This document shows positions 13,410 through 25,353 of a stretch of DNA of 64,000 nt, one piece after another (position 1 is the stretch's first letter; the number at the start of each line of letters is the position of its first letter). Source of the stretch: Oculina patagonica (lineage: Eukaryota); NCBI RefSeq assembly GCF_052425735.1, contig NC_135764.1, forward strand, positions 16,988,001 to 17,052,000, given 5' to 3'. Under the pieces are notes generated by a model. It did no database searches and was not told the DNA's origin. It saw only the letters and a program-made list of their open reading frames with translations. The translations under genes were made by a program, and so were the position numbers.

Positions 13410-15079
13410 CCAGTTATGGTAAGATTAAAGTTTTACAGATCAAGTTCAATATCGTAAGTCAAAAACCGACGTTTCGGCACTTCGTCGGTGATGATTGTTA
13501 ATTTTGTAATGGAATGGCTCTCTACTCCGATTGAAATCAAAATGGAAATGAGGGTTTTTTTTCTTTTTCAGATTCCTACACGGCGGGTTGCCACAGGCTC
13601 ATTTGGTATTTTTAAGAATGACACGACCAATTTTATAAATAAAGTTAGCTTATAAATTCGTTGAGTTTGCGCTAAAACGTTGCTTACTAAATTAAGTGTC
13701 GCATAAAGCGATAAGTCGTCGAGGCAACACCAGTAATTTTTTAAGAAAGACGTAAATTTTTGGAGTACATTTTTCTGTTGTAACTCAGCGCGGTTTCTTG
13801 TTAATTGGCCAGGATAGGTTAGGATAGCAGCAATTATCCAAACCATGCTGCAGGGAGAGTTGTATTTTAGTTAAACACACCGTAAGAATATGTAAAATAT
13901 TGTCACTAATCAACCTACCACACCCTCACGACAGACGCGCGTGTGTAAATGGTCCGACATGTCGTAGGCCTGTCGTAAGCTGCGAATAAGTCGTACCGTG
14001 TAAATCTACCTAAAAACAACTGTGACTATTTCTCAATTCCGTTGTAAGCTGTCTCTATTGACGAATGAGGAGTAAAAATTGTAGAACAGCTGAATAAACC
14101 GGGATATGAAGAACCATAGACAGACATAACACAGATTGTGAATAGGAATCTGCACTTTATTTAATAACACACCGCGGCGAAGCACAATAAAGATGTTTCT
14201 CGGCGACCGCTGGACTCCTTGTTTGTCATTATTTACAAGGGTTAATATATTACAACACAATGTTCAAGGAAATCCTAACTAATAATATACTGTTTAAACT
14301 TACAACTTTTACGTGGTAACCAAGGTTGTCTAATAAATGAAATCGCCTCCTGATAAATCGTTAGACTTGTCACACGAATATCCAACAACACATTTTCTTT
14401 ATTCTACGAATCATGATGGCAATTTCACCAAGACAACCACGTCACGAGTGGGATAAAAAGAATGAACACAACACAAAACATCGATACATCCGTTTGCAAC
14501 TTGGAAACTTCGCAAACGCAAACGGTTAGCCTTATGTATGACCCCACGTACAGAAAAGATTGGGCCAGTCAACAAGACGCAGTCAGCGAACGAAACATCA
14601 CTGACTTGCACAGGACTAATCAGTTTGTGGAGTTAAGATTACGTATGTGCCACACACAAACCGCACTGACACCAACACATGCAACGCAAAAACAACTTTC
14701 TTTGCTATTTGCCATAAGAATACACTACGATTTTACTGGTCCACTGAACTCCTCGCCTAACTGTTCGTTAAGAACTCAACAAAAACACATCTTTGGAGCA
14801 GGGCTGTGCACTTAAAAAGTAAAATATATTGAATATTTTGGTAAAAAATGAATGAACACTAAATAAAACGAAAGTATTAATATTAATATGACATATGGGG
14901 CAACACATGCGTCGAACCAAACATTCATAGCTATTTATAGCTACATACTACTGCCCAAATATATTTAGTTCTCTTTGACCTTTGCATAAATATTAGTATA
15001 TATGTTTTCACGCGTCGCCGTATGTTGTCTAGCATGATATGCTTGTTGTGTATCTGGGTCAATTGATATATATATATAA

Positions 15080-17588
15080 CTACACTCCTATGGGGTTACT
15101 GTTTGTCGTTATCACTCCCTGCGGATTTGAAACACTTGACATCGTAGTAGCAGCGAGATTTTCTAGTTCCAGTGTAGCTCTGTGAGCCATTTGCGTGAGA
15201 GCACTGGTAGCGACATCTTCAGCTGATGCGGCATCTGGGTGAGAGTTGTTTGTTATAACCCCGTTTGTTTGTTCAGCAACTTGATGATCTGTTTGAAAGT
15301 TAACAACCTTTTGTTAGGTCACTAGACATGCTATTCAGACAGTATGAGGAAAACCTCTATAGAGAAAATACATAAAATGCAGGAGAAGGAGAGATAACAA
15401 TTATAGCAACAGGATGGTAATGGGCACAAATCGGTCTTAAAAAGAAAAATAATCACAGGTGAACATAAATTGAACATTCAAAATAATTAAAGGTGTTAAA
15501 CTCTACATTACAAAATTAGCCACATGGGCCAAAAGTCGCCACCAAGCCCTTTCGTGTTTCACCAGGTAAGCTCCCTATATTCAGTTGTTTGCAGCCGAAC
15601 TTGAGTTTCTTTTGTATAGTATACAACAAGATACTTACTTAACATCTGGCTGTTTCGTTGCTGTGCTATTGTGACGGGGCAGTCCTTGTGAGCCAAAAGA
15701 AGCGATTTTAATTGAGCAACTTCGGTTCTTAGAAGGGTTATTTCACTCTGGAGAAAGAACATAAACTGTAAGTAAACAGTTCCTGTTCTGATTATTATTC
15801 TCATAGTTTATGACATAATTTCCCATTCAAATGGTCGGGTAAAATTACTTGCCTTCTTACATTTATAGTAAATCAAACAATTAACTAGCACTGGGGAAAA
15901 GTATAACATTCCAATCAGATCTTCGGCAAAATTGTTTAACTAATGGTAAGCACAGAGAAATTAGTCATTCACAACATACTTGCAGATGTGCATTAGTATT
16001 ACAAAGGTCATCAGCTTTTTTCTCCAACTGCTGCACCCAGATTTTTCTTTTTTCTCTACACCTGGTGGCTGCAGCTCTGAAAGAGAAGCGAACATTTTGA
16101 TGTCAGTTCATAATAACACCTACGCCAAACCACGATCTACCCAGAGTGGAACAAGTCTTCTTGCACTGTAAAGATGGCTTGCAGCCTTGACCATTGTTGC
16201 TATGGTTACTGGTTAGACAGGTTAGATCGTGTGATAGCCGCTCAATTGCAAGGCACGATAATTCACAGTGTTTGTACTTACCGATTTCTTTCAAGGAAGC
16301 GTTTTCTTCGCTCATCAGGATCCAGCTCATCCTGCATTCTTCGAGGACGTTTTCTATGGAAAAGTAATTTCATTTTAGCTGGGTACCCTGCATTCAAATG
16401 ACCTCTTTGTAACTGAAATGTACTTGATACCTTGATGTTTGTAGTTTTCCTGTCTTGAACTGAAAACTTGTTAGACGAGGTAAAAAATAGATTTTTGTAA
16501 TTCTAAGGTTTGTGAATGTAGTGGTGTTACTTACGAGGAGCCTGGGCCTCTCTTGACATCCTGTGGACTGATGTTGCTATTGGCAACAATCGTGGTTGGA
16601 TGGTGGGAATGATTGATGTGATTTCCAGGACTTGGTATTCCATTATGTTGTGACGTTACCATGTCAACTGCTTCTGTCATTGCACGATGGATGATATTGC
16701 TGGATTGGGCGGCTTGATGGAGTTTAAGTTGCTCCTTAAGACGCTGAAATTGCAATGGAAATTGTAATTTACTTGTACATGTTGTGAAATACACTAGCTA
16801 AGAGGTCGAGTCATAAGATGCCACTTTCGTTGCAAGCACTTTTTAATCTTTGCATTCTGTTGCACCCTGAACAGCTGAAACGCTGCTTGGTGTATTTCTA
16901 ATAGGCAGAAACTAAAGAGCTTGGTGTAAACTATTTCTGATAAATGCACAGCAGAACACAGTTTTGTACTGTGGACAGCATGGTTCAATCTATTGATTCC
17001 AGAAATAGGGTAACTGACAAATTATTTCATTTATACCTAAATGTACATGTACTGCAAGGGAGGCCTTAAAAAGTTGTTATTGTACAACAGGTTCCACAGT
17101 TGTGTTATGCAGTTTTTTTTCCATAGATAAATCACTGAAAATTTGTTGAGAAAACAAACCTGTTTAGCACTTCCCATAAAGGAAGGAGGACTGCTTGCAC
17201 TTGGACTGCTAACAATAGCCGGGGTGGGGATGGATGGAATGGGCATTGAGCTGCTGGCAGAGTTCAGACGTCCGTGGATATGACTCGGTACTGGCAGCGC
17301 AGAGGGGACCTGAGCATTAGGAGCTGCTATGGAAGCAGGTATTGCTGGTGGAATATGAGGCGGAACACGAACAAGCACTGACACTGGAGCAGCAGAGATG
17401 ACTGTCCTCTTTACTTCTGTCGTTGTAGTATTCTGTGGAGGTGGTGCTATCTCAACTTTAGACTCAGAATCAACCACAGCATCAATAACAATGACACTTT
17501 GTGTTGGTACTGTGCTGTTAGCAGGTGACGTTTGGCTGTGATCAGAAGGCAAATGAGCTGCAGGGTGAGCACTTGATGAACTGGATGG
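15080..17588 (-). CDS. ATF2: ATF2/ATF7/CREB5-family bZIP transcription factor, 5'-incomplete
   Basis: Exons 17588-17160, 16743-16535, 16353-16282, 16076-15980, 15747-15639, 15288-15080 join in phase. Basic region DPDERRKRFLERNRAAATRCREKRKIWV, zipper ending EVAQLKSLLLAHKDCPVT, and C-terminal AEDVATSALTQMA all match ATF2/ATF7. N-terminal zinc-finger exons were not found. Confidence 0.9.
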
Positions 17589-17931
17589 CTGTGAAGTAAG
17601 AAAAAACTGTTTTCATGCCTTGAAACATAACACACAGTCATAAATGTAATACTGTTTTATCCACAGCTGTAGTATTGTGACTAAAAACTCAGACATTGAT
17701 TTCTTGTATTTGTAAATTCAAATCTGTGGGCTGTGGTGGTAGTACAAAAAGAAGGCTCTACATTAGGAAAATAATTTTGGGCTTATTGTTAAATTGAGAA
17801 GAGGTAATATGCTTTCTTTATTATTCCACTATTACATGTACCTCATTAGACAAATTATACTACACTGTAGAATTTGGTGTTATACTCTAGTGCCCCATTT
17901 GGGAGCTAAGTAACAAGAGAAATGCATACTA

Positions 17932-19858
17932 CTTATTAACCGAGAGTGAGGTCATTACAGGGGAATCTCAGACCGAGGCCGTGATGTATTGACCGAGCGA
18001 CAGCGAGGTCAATACATCAAGGTCGAGGTCTGAGATTCCCCTGTAATGGCCGAACGGACGAGGTTGATAAGTTATTTATTATATGGCCTTTAAGCACTAT
18101 TCAAAAAAAGAGTATAATCAAGGGAAAAAACACTGGAGGTAAAACTCGCTCTCTGTGGCTCTCTTCGTCGCTCATACTTAAGAAGTATCGGTATGCTTAT
18201 ATTTTTCGTTCAGTTATTGAAAAGATAGTTATATTTTGTCGGCATTTTTTGTTGTTTTTTGCCCCCTCGCTAGTAGCTTTTACTCACAACTCAAAAAATA
18301 GGGCCCCAATGGGTCCATGTGTTTTGCTGCTAGAGCAAAGTCTTAGGGAACATGTTGATGAAAGACAAGTGAGTCGAGATTGAAATCCAACGTCTTTTAT
18401 TGTCTGTCACTTGTGTGCAGGTTAATAATTGCACTATATTGTAGTCACTTTGTGTTAATTCAATCCTGATAATTTTACTGATCAAAATTCAGAAATTATA
18501 AATAATCGCACGCGCACCGGCGTACAACAACAGAAAGACGGCGTTGAACGTAACGCAAAGTTCATTTTGAAAGCGAAAGTTTACAAATAATTATTATCAT
18601 TCGTCAGTCATCCCTTCACGCATGAACACTCGTCGAATTTCAGTGTCTTCACAACAAGATCGGAAGATCGATAAGGACCAATTTTTGATTCTGCGAAAGT
18701 TCGTTTTCTTAAAGTTTTAGAAATTTGTGAAGTTGGAGGATTCACTGAGGACTGCGTAGCCGAAGATGCAGTGGCTCGCTGGACATCAAATTCTATTTTT
18801 CACGGCGTTTAATTAATCTTCACAAAATAAACATGTGGCGCCAGCGCGTCTGGCAGTCAAAAATTCATTTTTCAAAAAACTTTCCCTTTCCAGCTATTTT
18901 AGCGGGGCTTATACTATAGTACCTACCTGTCAGTCGTAGAAAAGCTGAAATTTAAGGATGAACTGTTTATTAAATGAAGACCGTATTATTTTTTAATAAC
19001 TAGTAAACAAACTGGTCGCCACGCATTTAAACACGAACTGACGAATGTTGCATCTGATGCAGTGAATCTGGTGAATGAGAACTTCCTTTAATATTTCTTT
19101 GTTTTCGACGGTGTGCACCACTGAATAAGTTTCTTTCCCATTGTGATGTTACTAGTATTAATTCGTTTCTAGCTGTCTTTTATATAGCTCGAATACAGCT
19201 ACAATTAGCGGTGCAGCCTACCAGCTGTCTTTGCGTGACAAGTTACACGTTCATACATTTTATTTTAAAATATGAAGTTCAGAGTTAATACAGTACTAGT
19301 ATGCTGTAGACAGTGTAGACAAGGTGAGGGTAAGTTTATTTTCAAAGCGAAAGTTTACAAACTGTGCACTAACCGGTCCTTTGGAGAAAATATTTATGAC
19401 CTTCGGCGAGGTTCCAAATCTTCGCTCTTTTCGTAAATGATGAAAACTGCAGAATAATTTCTCATAAAACTGGAGTGGTCGCGCCACAGTTTGTTTTCTT
19501 TCCCAATGCGATATACTTTTAAATCGGTTTTCTGTTTTCCAGCGTGTCCAACGTGGTTTACGTTCGAATACTTTGGCCCGTAACTTCGAATGCGATCAGC
19601 GCTACGGTTCATTGGTTTCGATTTTGTTTGTTCATGGATTTGATTGACATCGGTAGTTCAGATTTCTCCTCTGTTACGGCACTTACACCTTACACCTTAC
19701 GGTCCTTACGGTCCTTACGGCACAAACTTCAGCTCTCAATGTGTTTTGCTTGCAGCCATTGCGGCTGCAGCAAAACACAAAAACCGTCGAGCCGAGAAAA
19801 AGTTTCATAATGCCCGGTCATTACAAGAAAATAATGCCCGCTCAGCAGCCAATCAGAG
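17932..19858. mobile_element. Unclassified DNA repeat with a long terminal hairpin, running into the gap
   Basis: Hairpin CTTATTAACC..CATTACAGGGGAATCTCAGACC..GATGTATTGACC / GGTCAATACATC..GGTCTGAGATTCCCCTGTAATG..GGTTGATAAG at 17932-18071. No intact ORF; the extent to the gap is inferred. Confidence 0.5.
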
Positions 19859-20358
19859 NNNNNNNNNNNNNNNNNNNNNNNNNNNNNNNNNNNNNNNNNN
19901 NNNNNNNNNNNNNNNNNNNNNNNNNNNNNNNNNNNNNNNNNNNNNNNNNNNNNNNNNNNNNNNNNNNNNNNNNNNNNNNNNNNNNNNNNNNNNNNNNNNN
20001 NNNNNNNNNNNNNNNNNNNNNNNNNNNNNNNNNNNNNNNNNNNNNNNNNNNNNNNNNNNNNNNNNNNNNNNNNNNNNNNNNNNNNNNNNNNNNNNNNNNN
20101 NNNNNNNNNNNNNNNNNNNNNNNNNNNNNNNNNNNNNNNNNNNNNNNNNNNNNNNNNNNNNNNNNNNNNNNNNNNNNNNNNNNNNNNNNNNNNNNNNNNN
20201 NNNNNNNNNNNNNNNNNNNNNNNNNNNNNNNNNNNNNNNNNNNNNNNNNNNNNNNNNNNNNNNNNNNNNNNNNNNNNNNNNNNNNNNNNNNNNNNNNNNN
20301 NNNNNNNNNNNNNNNNNNNNNNNNNNNNNNNNNNNNNNNNNNNNNNNNNNNNNNNNNN
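19859..20358. other. Assembly gap (500 N)
   Basis: Run of N; the round length suggests a placeholder of unknown true size. Confidence 0.99.
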
Positions 20359-20730
20359 GAGTTTCAACGATTTCAAAACACCTTTTGAGCCTATAACGTA
20401 TGAAAATAAAATGTTTTCATGGACATTCCAACGTAGCAGTCGGCAATGCCTGGAAATGAACAAATAACCTATATAAACAAACTCTGTTTAGAAGCAACGC
20501 CATTCCCGAGGCCCTGAGAACAAGATTCAGCAGTGGGTGGTGTTGTGTGACAATTGTTGATAATCAATTTAAATATGAATACACTGCATGTATTAGAACG
20601 CAAGGCTTGACCTATTCAAAGTAGGTCAAGCCTTGGAATCGAGGTTAATATACGTCTGAACACTCTTTTGTTGTCGCTTGTTGCTAGCGTCATTTATCCT
20701 TCAAAAGTGCAAGCGAGAAGTTGTACGCAG

Positions 20731-22092
20731 ATGGGAAGTTGTACCACTAAAATGGCTTCCAAACCACAAGATCAAACACAGCACATCAAACAACAACAGG
20801 TAAGGCAAATTTGTTCATAATTTAGGAAATTTCGCGTTGTAAACAGTATACGTAATGCCAGGGTATAAACACGAAACGTAACATGTTGGCGCCGCAGACA
20901 CGTTTGAAGAGCGAAATAAAAAATTATGTATTGATTTCAGGATACTGGTGGAGCTATAGTTCAGGACAAGACTATGAAATTAGGAGATGACATAAATCTG
21001 GCGGAGCAAAACGATGTCAAGCTTGATCCGGACCTCGAGCAAAACAAATACCCTGACATATCTGGAGCGAAATCGTTGATGGCCAAGTACTTGACAGCGG
21101 ACGTCTTTGAGAAGCTGAAGGACAAGAAAACATCCACGGGATTTACCATTGCTCGCGCTGTCAACAGTGGAGTGCTGAACAAGCAAAAGTCCTTGGTTGG
21201 ATGCCACGCCGGGGATACTGATTCCTACACGGTCTTCGCAGAGTTCTTTGATCCGCTCATCGAAGAGTATCATCGTGGTTTTAAGCCAGGTGACAAGCAC
21301 ACAACTGACATGGATCCTGAGCATTTGAAAGGCAACATCAGCGAGCCATCCAAGATTATATCCACAAGAATCAGGGTTGCAAGAAACATCGCTGGATTTA
21401 ATCTTGCTCCTGGTCAAAATTCCAAAGAAGAGAAGCTGCAGATAGAAGCATTGATGCTGCAGGTGTTCGAGAAACTAGAGGGAGATTTGGCAGGCCATTA
21501 CTATTCATTAGCCAAGATAAGCGAAGACGAGAGACAGCAGCTAGTAAGGGAACACTTGTTATTCAAGGGCAACGACAAGATGCAAGCAGACAGTGGATAT
21601 CACCGATGGTGGCCATATGGGCGAGGGATCTATCTCAACAAGGAAAAAACCTTCGCTGTGTGGGTGAATGAAGGCGACCATATCCGTGTTATTTCTATGC
21701 AGCAGGGTGGAGATGTTTCTTCCGTATTTGCAACACTTTTAAAAGGTGTAAATACGATCGAAAAGCTCCTTCAAGAGATCGACAACAGGACCTTCCAGAA
21801 AACAGAGCACCTTGGAATGATCACATGTTGTCCTACTAATCTGGGAACTGGGCTGAGAGGAGGAGTTCTGATTCAGCTGCAGAAATTGGTGGAAAAGATG
21901 GGAGAGGAAGGCCTAAAGAAATGGTGCCAAGAACGCCACCTTCAAGTGAGAGGTCTTTATGGAGAGCATTCCGACACCACAAGTGCTATTTATGATATAT
22001 CCAACAAGTACAGGCTTGGTTACTCGGAAGTTCAACTCGTTCAATTCGTGATTGACGGTGTCAACAAGTTGATTGAAATGGAACTTAACTAA
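20731..22092 (+). CDS. Phosphagen kinase, arginine-kinase type, copy 2; 2 coding exons (20731-20799, 20941-~22090)
   Basis: The large exon is nearly identical to copy 1, with one visible amino-acid change (DMNPE vs DMDPE). Exon 1 MGSCTTKMASKPQDQTQHIKQQQ ends at a GTAAGG donor; TTTCAG acceptor precedes 20941; phase 0. Confidence 0.92.
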
Positions 22093-23803
22093 CCTTGTTG
22101 AACTTGCTAGTGCAGTAATGGCGTTGGTGTGTTGTGTTTTGCTTTAAACTCCAATTAACCGATGGATCAGAACTGTCATTTTGACTACCGAGATAGAATA
22201 TTTTTACTTTACCGACAAGCAACCTTCTGTTGTTTCCTTCAAGTTTCTGGAAAATGCTTTTTCTTGTCAGAGTTTTTATTTTATTGCTAAATGAATGCTT
22301 TATAAGTGTGTACAAGTGTGTTGAAGGTGTAGAAATTATTCGCAGCAGCTCAGTTTGCCGAGGATTAGTGTGAACAATGGAAAGCTCCCTGATTTACATA
22401 ACCACTGATCAGGTTATTGTTTTTCTGAACTTTGCGTGCAATTAAAAAGATTCCATTTAAAGAATGCCCTTTTCTTATTGGCCGTATTTATTTTGAAAGA
22501 AGCGTTATATGTCTCAGAGGCACAATTGGTGTAAAAGTTACTGCGTGAAGGAAAATTTCATGAAGCACAAATTTCTACTAGACGTTAAAAACTAGCAAAA
22601 GGGACGAGTTTCTTTTCATTTCTCTGATCAGGCCGGTTTGAATAATGCACAACAAACACTTTTGTCTGTTTTTGTAAGCCTTTTATTTGTCTAGACATAT
22701 TCACAAGAATAAAACGACTGGATTTTTGCCTCTCCCAGACGAATTAAGTCAGTATTAATTCTTTCGAGATAAATACTTCCATTGATAGCAACTCAGATGA
22801 TCGCGAGCCGAGTATACGTGGCAGCGGAAACAGTCGGAATCATCGTGACGTTTTACTGATCTTGTGTTTTACCTATCTTATAAGAGTTTTGAGTGTTTTG
22901 AACTAGGTAACGACTGTACGTGTGATTAAAATTGTTTGAAGTTTGTTGAAGACAAACAAAGCCTTATTATCACTCAAATCCGTTCACCATAATCAATTAT
23001 TTAAAAATTTTCTTGGCTTTCTCAAGGGACAGTTTGTATAGCGAACAGAAAAAGTTCTTTGCATGCTCTTCCTTCATTTGTCACAAACACCTTGCATTAT
23101 CAATTCGACTTTGGATAACTGAAGATGTTTTCAATTTAACTGTGCTTTCTCATCAGTGGTGTTAATGACATGGATTTGTAGCCGTTCTAGTTGAAGTAAC
23201 AGTGTGCTAAGAAACGTAAGAGTGATTGTAAGCTGTTGTAATTTTAGACGAGTGACTGACTTTTTCGAATTTATGAAAGGACATTTGCCGTAGAGCTGAA
23301 AGAACTGTGCAAACCTTGGTTACCGGAGTTTCTGTTACAAAAGAATGGAATGTACAGTGAAAATCAATAAATTAAAATTTTCTCAGTTGTCTTTTGTTTT
23401 GCTGAGGATCACTTTCCTCTTAGTTTCCACGTATTCTCTTTATCCCTTACCAGATCCCTTACAGTAAATAATACCAAAACAAACAGGTTTGAAGTTCCTT
23501 AACCGCCCGGGCTTAACCGTTGGGATAGGTCTACTCAAAATCCCGGCTCAAAATTTAAACCGCTTGTTCTAATTTGTGCTTATTTCAGAGTTTGCTCTTG
23601 TCAACAGCTTCTACTTTGTCCATTTAGCATTGACGAAGTGTAGCCAAGATGCAGCCAACCTTCGAGTAGTTCCAGCGACCAGTTAATTTTTATACCCCAG
23701 CGTGTCCCCCAGAGTGGCGAGGAGCCACTTGTGCCCAGTTCGAACCCTGCTTTTGGCGGCTTCGCCAACGCTCAGAGGGATCTGGGCACCATAGACCCGT
23801 ATC

Positions 23804-23890
23804 CAAGATGGCGGCAAGGAAGACGAAGTTCAGGTGAAATCCTGGGTGAAATCTATTATAAACTTTATTTCCTCTTCTTTTCAGTTCCAC
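23804..23890 (+). promoter_or_regulatory. Probable non-coding first exon of the BTB gene with a YY1-like motif
   Basis: CAAGATGGCGGC at 23804-23815 in a locally GC-richer stretch; GTAAGG donor at 23891; AG acceptor at 25343-25344, nine bases before the BTB ATG. Confidence 0.4.
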
Positions 23891-24635
23891 GTAAGGTCCA
23901 ACTTTGCCACACCATGAACTTCACTGTAACACCACAGACTCGGTGACACCAAAATATTTGTAGAACCTGCGCTCAGTTGTTGAATATTGTGGCGGCCTTG
24001 GTAGTGCAAAACATAGTTACATGTAGTAGCAAAACTCTGAAAACTGACTTAAATTTTATGCATTTGTCCGCATTTTTGCTGTCAATCCTTCGCGGATTTG
24101 TCAGTTAGATACAAGTAACTATTCTTGAAGCATCATGTGGGTGAATAATAAACCAAGCGTGTCAGTTAAGTTGAACACTGAATGTAGGAAGGTACCCTGG
24201 CCTGCGAGCAGAATCGGCAAGCGGAAGAAGACTCTGCCAACGGCTTCAAATTCCTGTTCCTTCAAATTCCCTTTTTTGCGAGCAGGCATGTATCCGTAGC
24301 AACTTATGCTTGCCCATAGAGAAAGGATTTTTGCTTGCACGTTGTGTTTAAAAATCTGAATAGAAATGCTTACTGATTTTGTTTACAATGGCAATTTAAA
24401 ATTGGTCTCAGCTTACATGAAATTGTGATTAACGAAAAATAAGCTAAAATAATTGTTTTATGTTGAAAGTTATATTCCTTGTGCAAGTCAAATGAAGCAG
24501 TTTTTTTTTTTTTTTTTTTTTTTCTACTCCCCCAGCTTTCTTCATTGCAGATTAGAAAATGTTTTTGTTGAAAGGAAGCTAAGCTCTGAATGGAGTAAAG
24601 GACAACACTTATATGTAAAGTAAAAATTGTTTTTA

Positions 24636-24766
24636 NNNNNNNNNNNNNNNNNNNNNNNNNNNNNNNNNNNNNNNNNNNNNNNNNNNNNNNNNNNNNNNNN
24701 NNNNNNNNNNNNNNNNNNNNNNNNNNNNNNNNNNNNNNNNNNNNNNNNNNNNNNNNNNNNNNNNNN
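24636..24766. other. Assembly gap (131 N) with low-quality poly-T flank
   Basis: Run of N followed by noisy T/A homopolymers to ~24900. Confidence 0.99.
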
Positions 24767-24846
24767 NTTTTTTAATTAATTTAATTTCTTTTAATTTTTT
24801 TTTTAATAAAAAACCAACAAAAAAATTTTTTTTTTTTATTTTTGGT

Positions 24847-24889
<43 letters not shown>

Positions 24890-24960
24890 TTCCTATATTT
24901 TTTAATACATTTAATATTCCAGAATGGAAACGTTATTGCTAAGTACGATAAAATAAATAA

Positions 24961-25087
24961 CTGGCAAACAAAGATGGCTACACCTGGAGGCAGGTTGAGA
25001 AGATAGCCAAAAACAGACCGAGATGGTGAGCAGTTTCCATGGACCTATGCTCCACTGGGAGTGGAAGGAAATATGTCAAGTCAAGTC
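24961..25087 (+). mobile_element. Decayed 3' end of an RTE-clade LINE
   Basis: Translates as GYTWRQVEKIAKNRPRW*AVSMDLCSTG, resembling the RTE ORF C-terminus (W..A.DR..WR.....LC), followed by a GTCAAGTCAAGTC tail. Confidence 0.55.
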
Positions 25088-25353
25088 CACGTTTGGGCTT
25101 GCTTAAATTTATATATTAATGTCGAGTTATATAATTGGTTTTACATGCTTGGTGTATGTGATGCAAATTTGGCCTGATGGGATTTTAACTTTAGGATTCT
25201 TTCCCACATGCACAGTAGTCTGCATAATCTAGGCTCAGTAATAAGCGTTCAACATTTTCTGTTTCTGCTAGTTTAGTTGACATCTGTGGCCATGAAATCA
25301 TTTTAGATAACACACAATTAATTGCTGCATTTGTTCACATCTAGAAACTGATA

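Noticed and set aside
13464-13490. Hammerhead-like GACGA...GAAACGTC on the minus strand
   Set aside because: The CUGA box is broken and stem II is absent; at most a dead remnant.
19644-20463. Long ORFs in the track
   Set aside because: They are open only because they cross the N-gap.
23693-23790. Possible tRNA or other Pol III RNA (GTTCGAAC, small hairpins)
   Set aside because: No cloverleaf or A-box spacing; the GTGCCCAG/CTGGGCAC arms fit a short palindromic repeat better.
24767-24900. Poly-T tract as a retroposon tail
   Set aside because: It is a noisy homopolymer next to an N-gap, typical of read-quality collapse.
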